A DNA stretch of 64,000 nt from Epiperipatus broadwayi (GCA_028023455.1 JAQFVV010000009.1:14260001-14324000); one strand, 5' to 3'. Numbered from the stretch's first letter, positions 13,273-28,559 are shown. Numbers and translations: made by a program. The notes: generated by a model not told the origin, from the letters alone.

Positions 13273-13806
13273 TGTATTATCTTGTTCATAGCTTGAATAT
13301 ATTTATATAAAAAACAATTAAATTTATAGATCATTTATTTTATAGAGTTGTTGGTTATTAAATCAAATGATATCTATTTTTTTAAGTTATTAAGGAACAC
13401 ATAATGATACAAAAGGTAATATTTCCAATGTGTTTTTATTTTATCTTTTAAAAAAATAATGCATGATTGATTTTCTTTTTTTATCTTTAAGAAAATAAAT
13501 ATGATATTGTAACTTATTTGTTAAAGTTAAAGTTATTTATAAATTTAAAATGAAGACGCATATATATTTTGCTTTTAATAAAAACTGTAATATTATATAC
13601 ATTTTAATTAAGAATAAGTTCTAAAAAATAAATAACAGATTACATTTTCATATGCACGTGTGTCTATATATGTTTGCATGTATTAATTTTAAATTCACAA
13701 ATATTTTAAAAATAATGCTTGCTATGAAAAAAAATATTTGTAATAGTATTTTAAAAGTAAACTCAATGTATTTTTATTATTATTATTTTAAAACCAATTT
13801 AAAAAC

Positions 13807-14028
<222 letters not shown>

Positions 14029-17000
14029 AATGTTTCAGTTTTAAAATTAAAATTCAAAGAAGACATGTTATCAAAAACATTGACCCATGCAAATGATCTC
14101 AATAATAGTTTTTTAAGATAAAAAGAATTAAACTTGAATGTATCAATAGCAATCAAGATTTAAGTTGATGATCACATTAATATGTAAATAGAAAAATAAT
14201 ATTAATAAACCTGGGATATTAAATTAGTTCTCTTATTCTGCTTATTCTTTTGTTGTTTTTATATACATGTTGGTTACTTCTATAAGTGCTATGTTTTTAT
14301 ATTGAATAATTTTTTTAAAGATGCAGCATATATATATATATATATATATATTTTTTTAAAGATGCAGCATATATATATATATATATATATATTTTAAATA
14401 TGTTTTTGATGAAAGCAATATGACTAGTGGATAAATAACAGCTGGATATTTACTCTGAATGACAAACATGTATATCTATTGAAATTTTTGAGGCAGCAAC
14501 TGACATATGGCTGCTATAGCATTCTTGAAAATATTTAAGAGAAAATTTTAAAATGTCATTTTAAAGTTAACATGGATATACATTTGCATGCATCAAATAT
14601 ATTATATGAGTGCCAATGAAATAAAATTAATGATTTACAAAGAATTCAGAAATAGTAATGACTTACTAGTGGAATATTTTAAAGTCATGAAGATGTAAAT
14701 AAGTGACATATCTACAGTGCATATAGATTATTAACACACTAAAGCATAAAATGATAATAGTTTCAACAAGTGAAAGATTTAATAGTTGAAGTATCAATAA
14801 AATCTAACCATAAAATTTTAATTATCTGTATTTATGTTTTATACATGTATCAATGAATTCAGAATTTATAAGAATATATATAATAACTTTCAATGTGATA
14901 ATAATCATTTAAGGGAATAATTATCTCAATATCTTATTAAAAATTACCAATAGTCAGTTTAACTGTTTCACAAAACTTATCTGTAATAGCACTATCATAT
15001 TTGACATTTTAGGCAGTGCATTGGTGCTGTGATTGCTACTTTTCCATGTTGCATTAAAGCATTATATATGTTAAATTATGGTATGATAGGCTTGCAGGAT
15101 TCTTTCTAAGAAGCTTTCATTTTTAATGTATTTTAAAAAAATTCCAAGAGATGTCAGCAGTATATGGACCTTTGCAGATCTTTGTATGTGATTGACAGCA
15201 TATTCTATTGTTCTGTCAAAGCTATGAAGGAGGTGGCAATTTGTGATTGGTTGATGCTTAAGATTCATTTCCTCTGTGGCTAAATGCCACAAAAAATGTA
15301 ATTTTCAGTAATTCTTAATGACTATAAAGCAATATTTTTATAAAAGATTTACTATTGAATCAAAAACTACATGACTATGGGGAGGGGTATCTTTTAAAAA
15401 CATTTTGTTTTTAAAAATTGTCTGTTAGAAAGTATACAAAATATGTTATAAAAACTGAAATACCACAGAAATAGCCATTAGAGGCTAAAAAGAAAATTGT
15501 TTTTGTAAAAACTGTAAGTGAAATATTTTAATAGCAATTAATAATTGATTAATTTTTAGAATTTTTTTGTTTCTTTGATAATAACTAATTCTAAATATAT
15601 CATTTTTTTATTAACATAAAATTCTAATATTTCATTCTTTTAACTTTTTTGAAAAGATATCATGAAGCAAATAACAATGTTTTCATTTATTATCAATAAG
15701 ACCTTTAGTTAGATACTTATTTTCATAATTTTAAAATATCAATTTTTCATGTTTTAGAATTTTAATTATTAGAAGACTTAAATATTTATAATATAGTTTA
15801 TAAATAAATGTTGTAATATAAATATAAAAAGATTTAATTGCACAAAAATAAATCAAACATTCATAGTAAAAATATTCATCATCAGAGTCTATTCAAAAAT
15901 TTGGAGGTTGGATCGATACTTAAAGATTTATTAAATAAACTTCAAATACTATACTCTACTCTTATTGGATTACTATATTCTAAAAATATTGAATTCTTTT
16001 AAGAGATTATTATTTCTGGAATTTAATGAAAAAGAATTTGAGAAACAGTAGAATTCTTGGTGATGAACATTAATCATTGTTTACAGGTTCTTTGACATTT
16101 ATAATTTGTTATATACAATTATTTGATTTGATATTGTTATTATTTTAGAATTGTCATTTCATTACATATTTTATGTGTGAGTGAATATTTAAATAATAGT
16201 TTTAAATTCCAGAATTAGTAATCAAAATAGATTTAGCCTAATAATTTATTTATGTTTATTCAATGAATGTCCAGTCTACAAACTATAACAAGTTAGTATT
16301 TTATTTTATAACTTTATATGTTGTCCATTTGAAATCAATAGATAGATGGATATTTTTCTTTGATTTTGACAATAATATTTTTGTCTAGCACCACTTTGAT
16401 AGTATAAACAAATGCAATCTTATACAATATCATAATCTAAATTCTCATAATATATTCTTCAATTTTTTATTGCCCATTTATAAATAAATTACTATTATTA
16501 TCTATTAAACCTGAATTATGAATCTCATTCAAATTAATAATTATAAGTTATAACAACTACAATTTATATTTTATTACAAGCATTGATACAAAGATATAAT
16601 TAGTAAGTAACATCAATGTTATCATTATACAAGTCTTCAATAATCATTAAAACTTAATCTAATATTTTTATGAACACTATCAATATCAAAACTATTAATA
16701 AACATTGTAATAAAATTTTATAGTAGTCAGTAAACTCAATATCTTCATATATTTTGAATATAATATAAATTAACCACATAGTAGCAGAAAGATTATTATA
16801 TAAGTGAATACCAATGTAAATTTATTAAAAAAATCTTAAATATTATTCCAACATTTTATTCTATTAGATTTGGTTCATTAACTAATATAGAATTATTAAT
16901 TTTAGCTTGCATATTTATTTTATTATATATTTACATTATTTAATTGGTATTGTTTTAAATTTTAACTTTACAATTTACAGGGCATTAAGGAGAGCTGGCA

Positions 17001-17178
17001 CTTCCTATTCTTGATTGTATCAGTATAAATTTGTGTTTAAAACTAGGCCATATGGATAGAGTCTTTTGTTTCTTTTGTCTCATTTTTTATATATTATCAT
17101 AAATTTTAAAACCCTCAATTTGGGTCTTGAAGATTCTCTCCCTTTTGTTCATTTTATACCATTACAATACTTTTTTTT

Positions 17179-18210
17179 AAGAGACTTGAACTCAGATTTT
17201 CAAGTTCCTACATCTATCCAATTCATCTTATACAACTGATACACATGATGATATACATGTGAGAAAGATAAATGGTCTCCAATATATGTATTTTGTGCTG
17301 AACCAGTGATCACCAGTTGGTCCAAATCACTATCTCCCACATATATACACAATAAGTGCTTGGTTTATATTAAGATAGCAAATCTTCAAATTTTCTCCAC
17401 TTTCCAACTCTTCTGCCATCCATTTCATTGAAAATCAATGAAATGCTCAAAGCCCTTGTTGATGCCATTATTATTGTCATACCCATATTGCCCATAAAGA
17501 AGAGGGATATGCAGAATGCAGGTTGAATATGTAATATTTAAATATATGTATATTGTCTATACTAGACAATTTAAGAAACTTGAACTCAGACTTTTAAACT
17601 CCCTACATCTATCCAATTCATCTTATACAACTGATACACATGATCACATACATGTGAAAAAGATAAACATGATAACATTTATCAGTTGTATAAGATGAAT
17701 TGGATAGATGTAGAGAGCATGAAAATCTGAATTCAATTCTCTCAATAATTACATTAAGTCTAGTGTAAACATCATACACATATTTAAATATTACATACTC
17801 AACCTGTATTCTGCCCAACACTCTTCGGTATAATTCAATGTATAAATTAAGGTCCTATTTGTGAGGGGTCAGATTGACTTGGAGTCAACATGGTTATACA
17901 ATAACATTGGCATCAACAAGGACATTGAGCATTTCATCCTCTGATTTTCAATGAAATAGATGGCAGAAAAGTTGGATAGTGGAAAAGATTGAAGCTTGTC
18001 CAATAAAGTTTGAAGATTTGCTATCTTAAGATAAATTGAGCACTGATTGTATATATATGTGGGAGATAGTGATTAGGACCAACTAATGAATGCTGGTTCA
18101 GCACAAAATACATATATTGGAGAGCATTTATCTTTTTCACATATATGTGGTCATGTGAATCAGTTGTATAAGATGGATTGGAGGCTTGAAAATCTGAATT
18201 CAAGTCTCTT
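17179..18210. mobile_element. ~1-kb imperfect palindrome of tandem monomers of hammerhead family-1 element (Penelope pLTR-like or retrozyme-like)
   Basis: Left arm period 394 bp (aagagacttgaactcag at 17179 and aagaaacttgaactcag at 17573). Right arm period 478 bp (tcagttgtataagatg at 17682 and 18160). Inversion centre ~17675. Each arm has a decayed hammerhead (17277-17321 minus; 18078-18120 plus). Confidence 0.85.
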
Positions 18211-18327
18211 ATAATTACATTGTCTAATATATACAATGTACATATATTTAAATATATATACCTGGGTCTCTTTTTATGCAGACTTATTTAACACGATTTT
18301 GAAATTACGCAATTCATGTTTCACTGG

Positions 18328-18423
18328 AAGTCAAACTCCAATAATGCGCTATTACTTTAAATAATAAATTTCGCGCACTTACATTATGTTAAAAGTAATA
18401 GCACATTATTGGAATTCGACTTT
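18328..18423. repeat. Short hairpin / inverted repeat
   Basis: aagtcaaactccaataatgcgctattacttt vs aaagtaatagcacattattggaattcgactt. Confidence 0.7.
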
Positions 18424-20734
18424 CATCTTAGTAATTTCAATATTTCCAGTGCTTTATAATTGTAAGATTTTATGCAATAATGAAATTAAAATCATGATTT
18501 CTACATTTTATGTATTAACTTTAAGTTATTAATTTATAATTTTAAAAGTCATTTTAAGAAATATTAAAATAAAATAACTCACTGTCTATACATGAGACGT
18601 GTTTATTTGTGGTTCCCTGCATGTATAGATAAACAGCAGCATAAGTCCACCAGTTTTCTCTTGGCAAGCTTGGTTTTTGGTCCAGCAAGAAATATAATTT
18701 TAGGTTTGTTGTCATCATCAGGTAAAAGCATATAATTCCGGTAATTTGTTGACATACCATGAGATTTCTTTTGTAGTCCAAGCAATTGTCAAGGTGTCTT
18801 CTAGAACATCTTTAAACAGCTAGTTGATCCATTTGAGGTGACCCTGGCTTCATGAATCAAAACTCTGCAGTAAACTATAAGGCAGCTACTGGACTGTACT
18901 CCCTTAGATCTTCATAGGAGCTTGGTATAACTCTGCTAGCTATTTTGTCCTCATTTTTTTCAGGCTACTGATTCAGAAATGAATCACCTTCAAGTAAATC
19001 AAAACTCATGTGAAGAAAAATAGTAGCAGCTCCTGCCTTCAGCTACATCAGTTCATGGTAGCTATTCTGCCAACTCTCTGCTACAGCCAACAACATACTG
19101 CAGCTATCTATTTTGGGTAGCTAATTGCTGCCACTTACTCAAAAACTTTTAATAGCCAGACTGTTCTGTTCAGCTCTTACAAGAAACTACAATCCAGATT
19201 TTGTAGTTGGCCTAGTTGGCCATTGCTTAAAATATTAAAAACTCTTTTGACCAACTCTTACAAAACTGCAAGCAGAACTAACTGATATTTTTTATCAGTT
19301 TTTTATAACTTTGGGTAGATCAGGTGACAAAAATACAGTGATGTTTTCAATTAACTTTAATCCATTTGAAAACAAGCTGGAAATTTCTATCAAAGTGTGA
19401 TTTTCATGTTTTTACTCTAATCTTTGGAATTTAACCAAAGGTGTGATAAACCTTTGGAATTTTTAATCTACAAAGATTTTTAACTACATAGTAGAAATGC
19501 AAACAAGTATTAATTAAAAAAGATATTTATACAAGTATTAATTAAAAGATTTTGAAAAATAAATTATGCTTGCTTTTTTTTTTTGTTAATTTCAAAATCA
19601 GAATTACAAATATTATTTATCAGACCTTTTTAAAATACTTATTTCACAATGAAATTTTACTTTAAACCCAAAGTTATTTAACCCTTTACTTCTTAATATA
19701 AAAAAAAATATCTACAAAAATTTATCCTGTATTTATTTCTATTTTTCCTTTCTAACTTTATATATATATATGCACACACTATGTGTGCTATGTAATCCAA
19801 CTGGTTACACTATAAAATAAATGTCATAAATATCCCACATCATAAATTTCATTTTAACTAATGGGTTTAATTGGATTGGAATACAGTAAGAAAGATAATG
19901 GAGATGAGGTAAATTTAAACAACTTTATTACAATTAATAATGATTAACATAAGATAATATAGATTACATTCATTGGTAATTATTGTTAATTTAACACCAT
20001 CAGGTGTTATACAATTAGAAAAATTCAATCAACTATTACATATAGTGTCAAGGATTTAATTTGTAAGTCTAATAATCTCATGCTTTGTGAGCAGTTGATA
20101 TCTATGACAGTGTAATATGCCAAATGGTATTCGACTTCCCTACTGTGGTTTGCCTACAGAATAAGGTTTATGTGTAATAATTGGAGACATATATTACATA
20201 TTACAGCATTAATATTGCTGACAATATAAGACAAGTATTTAATATTTGGACATAATTATCAATTCTTAAAGATATTTTAATCATGATTTGTTAAACTGAA
20301 ACTTTTGATGTTCTCAGATAAATTCACAAATAATTATAATACAAAGGATGGAATGGGTTGAGTTTATTATCTGAAAATTCATCTAAATTTATTAGGGGTT
20401 TGGCATGGCTGATGAGAAGTTATATCCATAGATAAGGTGCAGTTCATTTGGAACTGAGAAGTTTGCTAATGAAATATTACATGGAAGTTTGAAAATCGAA
20501 TAGACTACTCAAACATATTGGGTCCTTATTCCAGTTATGTATTTGGTGCTCATGCCCAAACAATTCAGCTTCTATGTGTGACTCCTATCAATCATTACAC
20601 AGGAAGCTGACATAATTGGGTCGGTTCTTGCCATTTACACATAGAGAATAGCAAGGTAGGAATATATCCCTAAATATTTTATCAAGTCCACATCAGCAAT
20701 GTACAAACATTATATAATAATTCCAACTTAATTA

Positions 20735-21046
20735 ATTATGTTTTCATTTGAAATAATTAGCGAATATCTGTGCTGTCACCACAAGCCAATCTCCAAAACA
20801 AGCATTGGAAATCTAATGCAAAATAAAATGGGCTGATTTAATAAGATAATAACTCTGGTCCAACAAATAGTTTGGCAAACATCATTAATCATTATGTTTT
20901 CATTTGAAATAATTAGTGAATATCTGTGCTGTCACCACAAGCCAACTCCAAAACAAGCATTGGAAATCTAATGCAAAATAAAATGGACTGATTTAATAAG
21001 ATAATAACTCCGGTCCGACAAATAGTTGGCAAACATCACTAATCAT
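20735..21046 (+). repeat. Tandem duplication, 156-bp period, 2 copies
   Basis: attatgttttcatttgaaataattag at 20735 and 20891; near-identical units. Confidence 0.95.
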
Positions 21047-22267
21047 TATTTAGTAATGGCTACCTGCATTTCAAGGAATATTAAGATTTAATTGTTAATT
21101 ATAAAATGCATGTTATACTCTATTTCTATGGTTAGAATTACATTTATTTGTTAAAATAATCTTCATAAACTATATCTTATAATATAGGGTTGGCCTATAA
21201 CCAGAACAATTACTTATTATAGAGCAATTTGAACTTTGAATTATATAACAATACTAACATTATAATGATTTCCAGGTAATTAAAGATTATAACCAAGCAA
21301 TATAGTTTTGAAATAGTGGGTAGGATTTGAATAACTAAACATTATTCTAGAATTATTAGATCAAACATAGAATTAATAATATCTCCCATCCTAAATTTAA
21401 AATAATTAATATGCTCATTATTTAGAGTGGCATTTGGCACATTATAACATAAATAGTAAGAAATTTTAATAACTAGAAACCTATAAATACAGTAATAGAT
21501 CTCACTGCTAGCATGAAAGTAAAAAAATTCAGTTAATAGGAAAAACACATGTTTATAATTTCAGAGTTTAAACAAAATTAAAGATTTTACAGAGATGAAA
21601 ATTTTATTTGAATGTTCACTTGGGTTTATAGAATAGCTATAGCTTTAGACATAGATCCATTAAAGTTCATTTTAGTGCTCTTTGTAGTGATAGTAGGAAT
21701 TTTACCTTTGATTAATCTGTGGAATCCCATCAGTTAGTTGGTTTTATCAATCCCTTGCTATGGTTGGAATAGCAACCATTCTCCATAAGATAGACTGTAT
21801 ATCTTTCTATGCAGATAACACCAGCAAGGCAGTTTCTTTGTAGCAACTTGATGTTTTCAACATGCAGGATGAAGATGGATATCACTATTCCCAGGCTTGG
21901 AGAACAGAAATTCTTGCCTCTCCTATTCGGACATTTTGCAGATCAAACTTGTGTGGATTTTGTTAGACAATACTTACAAAATTAGAAGTTCTTCTTTACA
22001 TAGAAAATGGACATCTATATTACCTGCCTTCAATTAACATACATGCTTTTGTTAATTTTACCTGCAGCAAAATAAGTCATTAGCATACCATGCTATATAA
22101 TTTTGGAAATAAAGTAACCCCTGTCTTTTGTCTAATTTTCAGCAGGATGTTAACAAGAATCTAACTCTTTGTTTTTTCAAGGTTTTAGGAAGATGTACTA
22201 AGGACTCTTCCTTTATCTTATTATTCAATCTTTTTATATATTTTAAAATAATTTTGTTAAAACCCAT

Positions 22268-22380
22268 TTTTGTCTTGCGTTGTTAGCCGAGAGGTATCGC
22301 AGCCGCCATGCAAGCAAGTAGTTGGCTGCAGACGGTTGTGGGTTCACGTCCCGGCCAATGCTATGACATATGAAAAAAAA
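22268..22380 (+). mobile_element. tRNA-Gly-like minimal retroposon (SINE), copy 2
   Basis: gcgttgttagccgagagg (A-box-like), cgcagccGCCatgc (Gly anticodon-like), ggttcacgtcc (B-box-like), cggccaatgc, then tatgacatatg and poly-A. Target-site duplication aaaacccat at 22259-22267 and 22381-22389. Confidence 0.9.
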
Positions 22381-24785
22381 AAAACCCATCCTTTTACTTT
22401 TTGAATTTGATAAGCTTTTTTTTTTTAAAAAAATACGATTTTAGTAAAATAATTTATAAAGTTGATTAAGTGTTTATTTCTGAGCTGGAAAATGTTTTAA
22501 CAAATTACTATTGTTTTAATATCTTTATAAATGTCAATTAACACACTATTCCTAACCAGAGTTGAATCATATGATTCTTTTTACAAACTATTTTAGAAAT
22601 AAATTTTATAAACTATAACAAATCAAATAACAAAATACTTCCTATATATATGTATCTCAGTGATATGTATGATTTACCCAGAAATATGTGATTTTAATAT
22701 TCTGAGTTATTAAATTGAGTTAATTACAAATTAAATTTATAAAGATATTACTTTAATCCATACGTAATAACTAGATATCTGAAGGTAATATATATATATA
22801 TATTGTGACCTTCTGATTTGGCACCAGAAATATTATTTGTAATCGTATGTTATTATATCAGTAACATCTGATATTATATTCTTTAAAAAAAAAATGAAAT
22901 AACGTGAAATTTTTAAAAAAAATTATTTATGATTTAAAACTATGATTAAAAGTATTTATAAGTGTAATTTGAAAAATTATTAGATGTTTAGTATCTTACT
23001 TTAGGATATAATTAATGATAGGATAGGGGAGTGGCTTGTCATAAACATAGTCAGTTCAGTTTAGGTTGATCCTAATTGGTTTTATTTGTTTACAGAACAG
23101 TATTAAGACTTGTTTAAGTGATTCTCTAGTTCATTTGTTTTTCATATTTTAATCTATAGTATAAACAGTGAAATATGTTAACTCATCATCATTAAAATTG
23201 TCATTTCAGTCATATCATTTTAATACCTATAGTACATTATTTGTAAATATTCATTTATATCTGTATCATTATCCAATTTCATTTTTCACTCATATGCTTC
23301 ATGAAACCATCAAATATCATATCTCATATCCAAATATTTAATTTTACTATTACTAGTTTAAAAACCAGCTTAATTACCTTTTAAAATGAATTGATGGATC
23401 ACTGGACTGGTGAATTATTAAGCCAAAAATATGCTGTAAAATATTTTATTTGTTAAAATAATTATTAATTTTATTCTGTTACTTTAAGAGTACAGAATAT
23501 TTAATTCTTAGTTCAATTTAATATTTAATATTTTTTTATTTATTTAAAAGACAAAATATTTTTTTTTGTGTGTTTCTATTTTTTTTTTCACAAGAAAGTT
23601 TCTTGCATAAATTAATTCTTAGTCTCGGTCTGATGAACTTTGAACTTTCAAATGACTCTAGTTTGGAAGAATAAATGCTGGGTAATTTTTTTTGAGGGCT
23701 ATAAAAAAAGTTAAAGATAATTCAAAGAGGACTACTAAATAGAATTATCAAAGAAGACTACTAACTCAGATTCTCTGCTAATAGAACTTCAATGTATTAT
23801 TTAAACAAAGCTTGATAGTGCAGTTTTATTGAAAGCCTATTCTTCCAAGAAAAAGACCAAGTTGAAAGTTTAAAGTACTAAAAAGTTTCGGGATAATGTT
23901 TGAGTGAATAACCTAAAGGTACATTAATTTCTATTTTTAATTAATAGTTTCAGAATTCTCAATCATTATTTTAAATGCATGAGTGTATCTACATTATAAT
24001 GTATTTAAAATTAATTAGTAATATGAAGAAAGGAATGGAAGTAAGTAATTATATTTCAAAATCACTTCATTTAAATTTTATTCCTACTTGTGAAGAAGAT
24101 AGGAAAATGTTTGTTTATTTTTCAAAATTATTATTCTTAAATTTTAATTATAGTATTAAGAAAACAACAGAAGTGTGCATATATCTTTATTATGTTGGAA
24201 AAATATGAAAACTATTATTAAGTCTCTCAAGAACTCTTTATAATAAATTTTGTGCTAGTTATAAAAGAAAAAGGTTAAGAAAGATGCATAGGAATCATTT
24301 ATTTTATTATCATTTTATTAAAATACTTGACTGATTATTTATAATTTTTTTTTTTGCCTATTAGAAAATAAGACTAAACATACAATTCAACTAAGTATTT
24401 AATTATTTTTCCCAACTACTATAAGAAATGGTTTTAGAAAAATGATGAAACTGAATATGACTTTTATTGCATTAATTGTCCTCTTATTTGCAATGGAATT
24501 TCTTATACAGAATATTGCCAACCAGCCCACGGAAAGTTAAATAAATGTTATCAGCTCAAATAATTGTATACATTTTTTGAATGGCTCTGAAAAAAAAGAA
24601 AAGAAACATGAAATAAATGCCTAATATATTTTATGAATGAAATGTGAATTATTACATCTTTTATATAACATTTACAGCAATTTCATTAGTTTGCTAAGAA
24701 CATTGAAGGCACTGTACTGGAGTTAAAATAATATTGTTATTTGTTTTCCTGCAGGAACGTGTTGTCTTTGTCAATATTTATCCTT

Positions 24786-25091
24786 CTCCTCCTCCTCCTC
24801 CTTCTTCTTCTTCTTCTTCTTCTTCTTCTTCTTCTTCTTCTTCTTCTTCTTCTTCTTCTTCTTCTTCTTCTTCTTCTTCTTCTTCTTCTTCTTCTTCTTC
24901 TTCTTCTTCTTCTTCTTCTTCTTCTTCTTCTTCTTCTTCTTCTTCTTCTTCTTCTTCTTCTTCTTCTTCTTCTTCTTCTTCTTCTTCTTCTTCTTCTTCT
25001 TCTTCTTCTTCTTCTTCTTCTTCTTCTTCTTCTTCTTCTTCTTCTTCTTCTTCTTCTTCTTCTTCTTCTTCTTCTTCTTCTTCTTCTTCTT

Positions 25092-25178
<87 letters not shown>
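24786..25178. repeat. Compound microsatellite: short (CCT)n, then (CTT)107, then (ATT)19
   Basis: CTT at 24801-25121 and ATT at 25122-25178; explains the poly-Ser, poly-Leu and poly-Arg ORFs. Confidence 0.98.
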
Positions 25179-26905
25179 TCAGACATGACCAAGGGATGTC
25201 ATGTATAAACTGCAACAAACTTTCATTTTCAACCCAGAAGAAGAAAACAAAAGAACTTTATTTATTTATTTAATCATATTTAGTAGATAGGTAGTATAAC
25301 GGTTGTTTTATGATTTTATTATTTTTATTATTATATTTATTATGTCTCCAAGAACGTCTTTAAATGTATAATATTAGGGGAATATTGTACAAGGTATTTA
25401 TTATTATTATTTTAGTATAAGCTTTATCATGTGCCGTATATAAACATATGTGCCTGATAAAATGGAGGTGTCCATTTAAGATTAAAAGGGGTGAACAATT
25501 GTTTTAAAAGAGTTTCATTACATAAATCTGATAGTATATCTTTGCGTTTTTTTTTAATAGATTAGAAAATCATTATTTTCAATAATTATTTAACCTAGAA
25601 CATAAAGCTTCATTATTTATCCAAGTCAAACTTTTGCTTTGGATTTGTGCTAGTATAAATGCACTATAAAAAGGATTATTTTGTCTTACATTGCCAATAG
25701 AAATTATTGCCTTGTTTCTCAACCGTAATTAATATATTTTTAAGTTATGAATATTATATCAGATATGAAATGTTTATCCATTATTGCATTTACAGTTGGT
25801 AATTAATATTTTTACAGTAGTTCTTACCTACTGGGATTTGAATTGTCTGTATTATTATTATGCTTGTATATGTGTGTATATCATAAAACTCAACTATAAT
25901 AATGTGTAATTTGCAAGTAAAATGATATAAAATCTATGGGTTTCAGAGGATGAGAATGGTCTATTCAAATTTGAAAGATTAGAATTTGTTTAAACATGAA
26001 TTTATTGTTCTTTATTATGTTTGATAAGAAAAGTGTTTAGTGGCTATTTGTAGTGAAAGTTAATGATGTTTTATTGTGTCTTATGGGATCGAATAATCTC
26101 TTTTCTTATTTGAGTATTTGATATGGTAGATTGCCTAATATATCTTATGGAATAGAGAAAATCCCTTTGTCATAGAAGTATTTGATAGGAGTGGATTGAA
26201 TCCTCCAGTTTTGATATTTGATATTATGAATTAGGGTATGTGAAGCCCAGTATTTTACCTCCCCGATTAGTTTGGTGATGAGATTTGTCTCACCAGTTTA
26301 TGTAGTCTCAGAAGTAGACTTGGGAGTTATTGTCATGTTAGTTATGAAATTAGAATTGTGTAAATCTTTTATCCCATGTGCTTATAGAATGCTTTCATCT
26401 TACTCATAGCCATGTGCCAACTAAGTTATTGATAAAAAGAAGAATAAAAGTAGAATTGATTTTCTCATAAAACAGCTGTGTTAGAATTAGTGCTGAAACT
26501 TCAATGGTCCATTGTCATTGTCCATATTATGATTTATTGACACATTCATAAGTAAACCGATTGGATTGATTATTATTAATTATTTATTGTATGACACACA
26601 GCATAATTCAGACACAGATATAAAGTACTAATTTAACAGTTATAAAAAAATCCATCATTAATGCATAACTTCAATCATTTTGCATTTATCACTGTAAATT
26701 TCATATCATCAGCTTCCATAATATTTAATCATAACTGGTATAAGCAAGCAAAGAAGACAAATCATAATTAATTAATAGCATTATTCATTTTTGTTTTGCA
26801 AAGATAAACATAGCTAATTGATAGAATTATTTCCATTTTGCAAAGTATAATTTAATCTTATTTTGTGTTGATTCTTAGGTTCAAACCCCTTATTTTATTT
26901 AATGT

Positions 26906-27143
26906 GCATTTTAAAGTAAAAATGCCAAGATTTTAGTTTTATTTCATAATGTAATTGAAACATTTAATCTATGATGTTTGATATAGATTTATTAGATTAA
27001 TTAATAATTTAAGAGTGATATAAAGCATTTTAAAGTAAAAATGCCAAGATTTTAGTTTTATTTTACAATGTAATTGAAATATTTAACAAATGATGTTTGT
27101 TATAGATTTATTAGATTAATCAATAATTTAAGAGTGATATAAA
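26906..27143 (+). repeat. Tandem duplication, ~119-bp period, 2 copies
   Basis: gcattttaaagtaaaaatgccaagattttagtt at 26906 and 27025. Confidence 0.95.
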
Positions 27144-28559
27144 AAACAAGATGTTGAATATAAAATAAATTCTGTAGTTGATGGCCAGAAATGTAAGGCT
27201 ATATTATTTCAGTTCCACGTGTTTATCAGAAGGGACTGAGAAATGAAAACCAATTTTGCAATAAAATATAAAGATTGTATTTTAGTTTATTCTTTAGGGT
27301 TAAAGATATAATGTGTTGCCATAAGTCAATCAAAGTGACTTAATAGACTAAATGTATCAGATAAGAAATTAGAAAATTATCTTGTAATTTCTGCTATTAT
27401 GTAGGTTTTCAACCACTGATGTTAATACATCCAAAACTTATATCTGTTTAAATTTTAAAGAAATTAAATGTTTATTTAACTATATTTTTGTTGTAATAAA
27501 TATTTTATGATTCAAAACTGTATTCAGGATTCTTCTTTAACATACATTCATGTTTCATATTTCCACACATGCTCACACATTTATTTTATATAATATGATA
27601 TAATTGTACATTTTATTTAATTTAATGATGAACATATTCAGACATAATGATATTGATTTCCTTGATTCAAACACTGTATGAGATGTCAATTATTTACTGA
27701 GTTTCTAAAAGGTTTTTATCATTTAATAATTGTTTAGATGATGAATTGAAGTCAAAATGTGCCCAATTTCTTTCGTTATCTAACTACCATTATTTTGTTA
27801 GGGTATTGCTTAATTTATTCCATTAGTGTCATAATGTTAAATAATAGTTGTTGAGAGGTAGAGATTTTGGATTAAGCCATGACCATAATAAATTCCCTGA
27901 GATATTCAATTATTAATTTAGATTAAATATTAAATTCAGTTATCTAGATTAGATTAATGTATAATTAAAAATTTAGTAATGATAGGTTTAGTTTAAGTTC
28001 AGATCCAACTTGTTATACATTATAATTTCTAAATGTTACAATTTATTTATTAGTTTAATTTTCTAATATGGTAGAGGTTGTTCAATGCATGTGGATGATG
28101 GGAGGAAGTGAAGTATAAATTATAACTTGTTAAATTTAAATGGTAGAATTTTACCAATTCAATCCTTGTTTAGTATAGAATTTAATAGATGTTTTATTTC
28201 CTATTAATTATAATATTTCCTCCCACATCTAATGTACATTTTGCACCACATAGACCTTTGTATCCCTCAACTGAGATAAGCTAAGGTGAAACTTTAATTA
28301 AGAGCCTCATTTATAAATTTAGGGTGAAGTTAGATTGATATTTTATTCTATGATTCATAGAATTGGTGCCCCCGGGTATTTGTTAGTGATAGTGATCGGT
28401 GGTGAGGGGTTACAATATATATATATACAATTATACAGATAATTCAATAGACATTTCTTGGGACACTTTTGAGATATGAACTTGGATACAGAGACTTGCA
28501 CATTACCCAAGGTCATTCCCAGAGGTAATCGCGGTAAAATGAATACAGCACACAAAATA

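Noticed and set aside
18554-19020. Higher-GC segment with two overlapping minus-strand ORFs
   Set aside because: It is probably transposon debris, but has no diagnostic motif to support a call.
20735-21046. CRISPR-like or regularly spaced repeat arrays (also 26906, 55905 and 59503)
   Set aside because: These are simple two-copy tandem duplications without unique spacers, in a eukaryotic context.
22277-22361. Functional tRNA-Gly gene (also at 8207, 39048 and 43621)
   Set aside because: The anticodon/variable region is expanded, the B-box is non-canonical, and poly-A tails with TSDs indicate retroposed copies.
24734-25273. Long poly-Ser, poly-Leu and poly-Arg ORFs
   Set aside because: They are translations of the CTT/ATT microsatellite.
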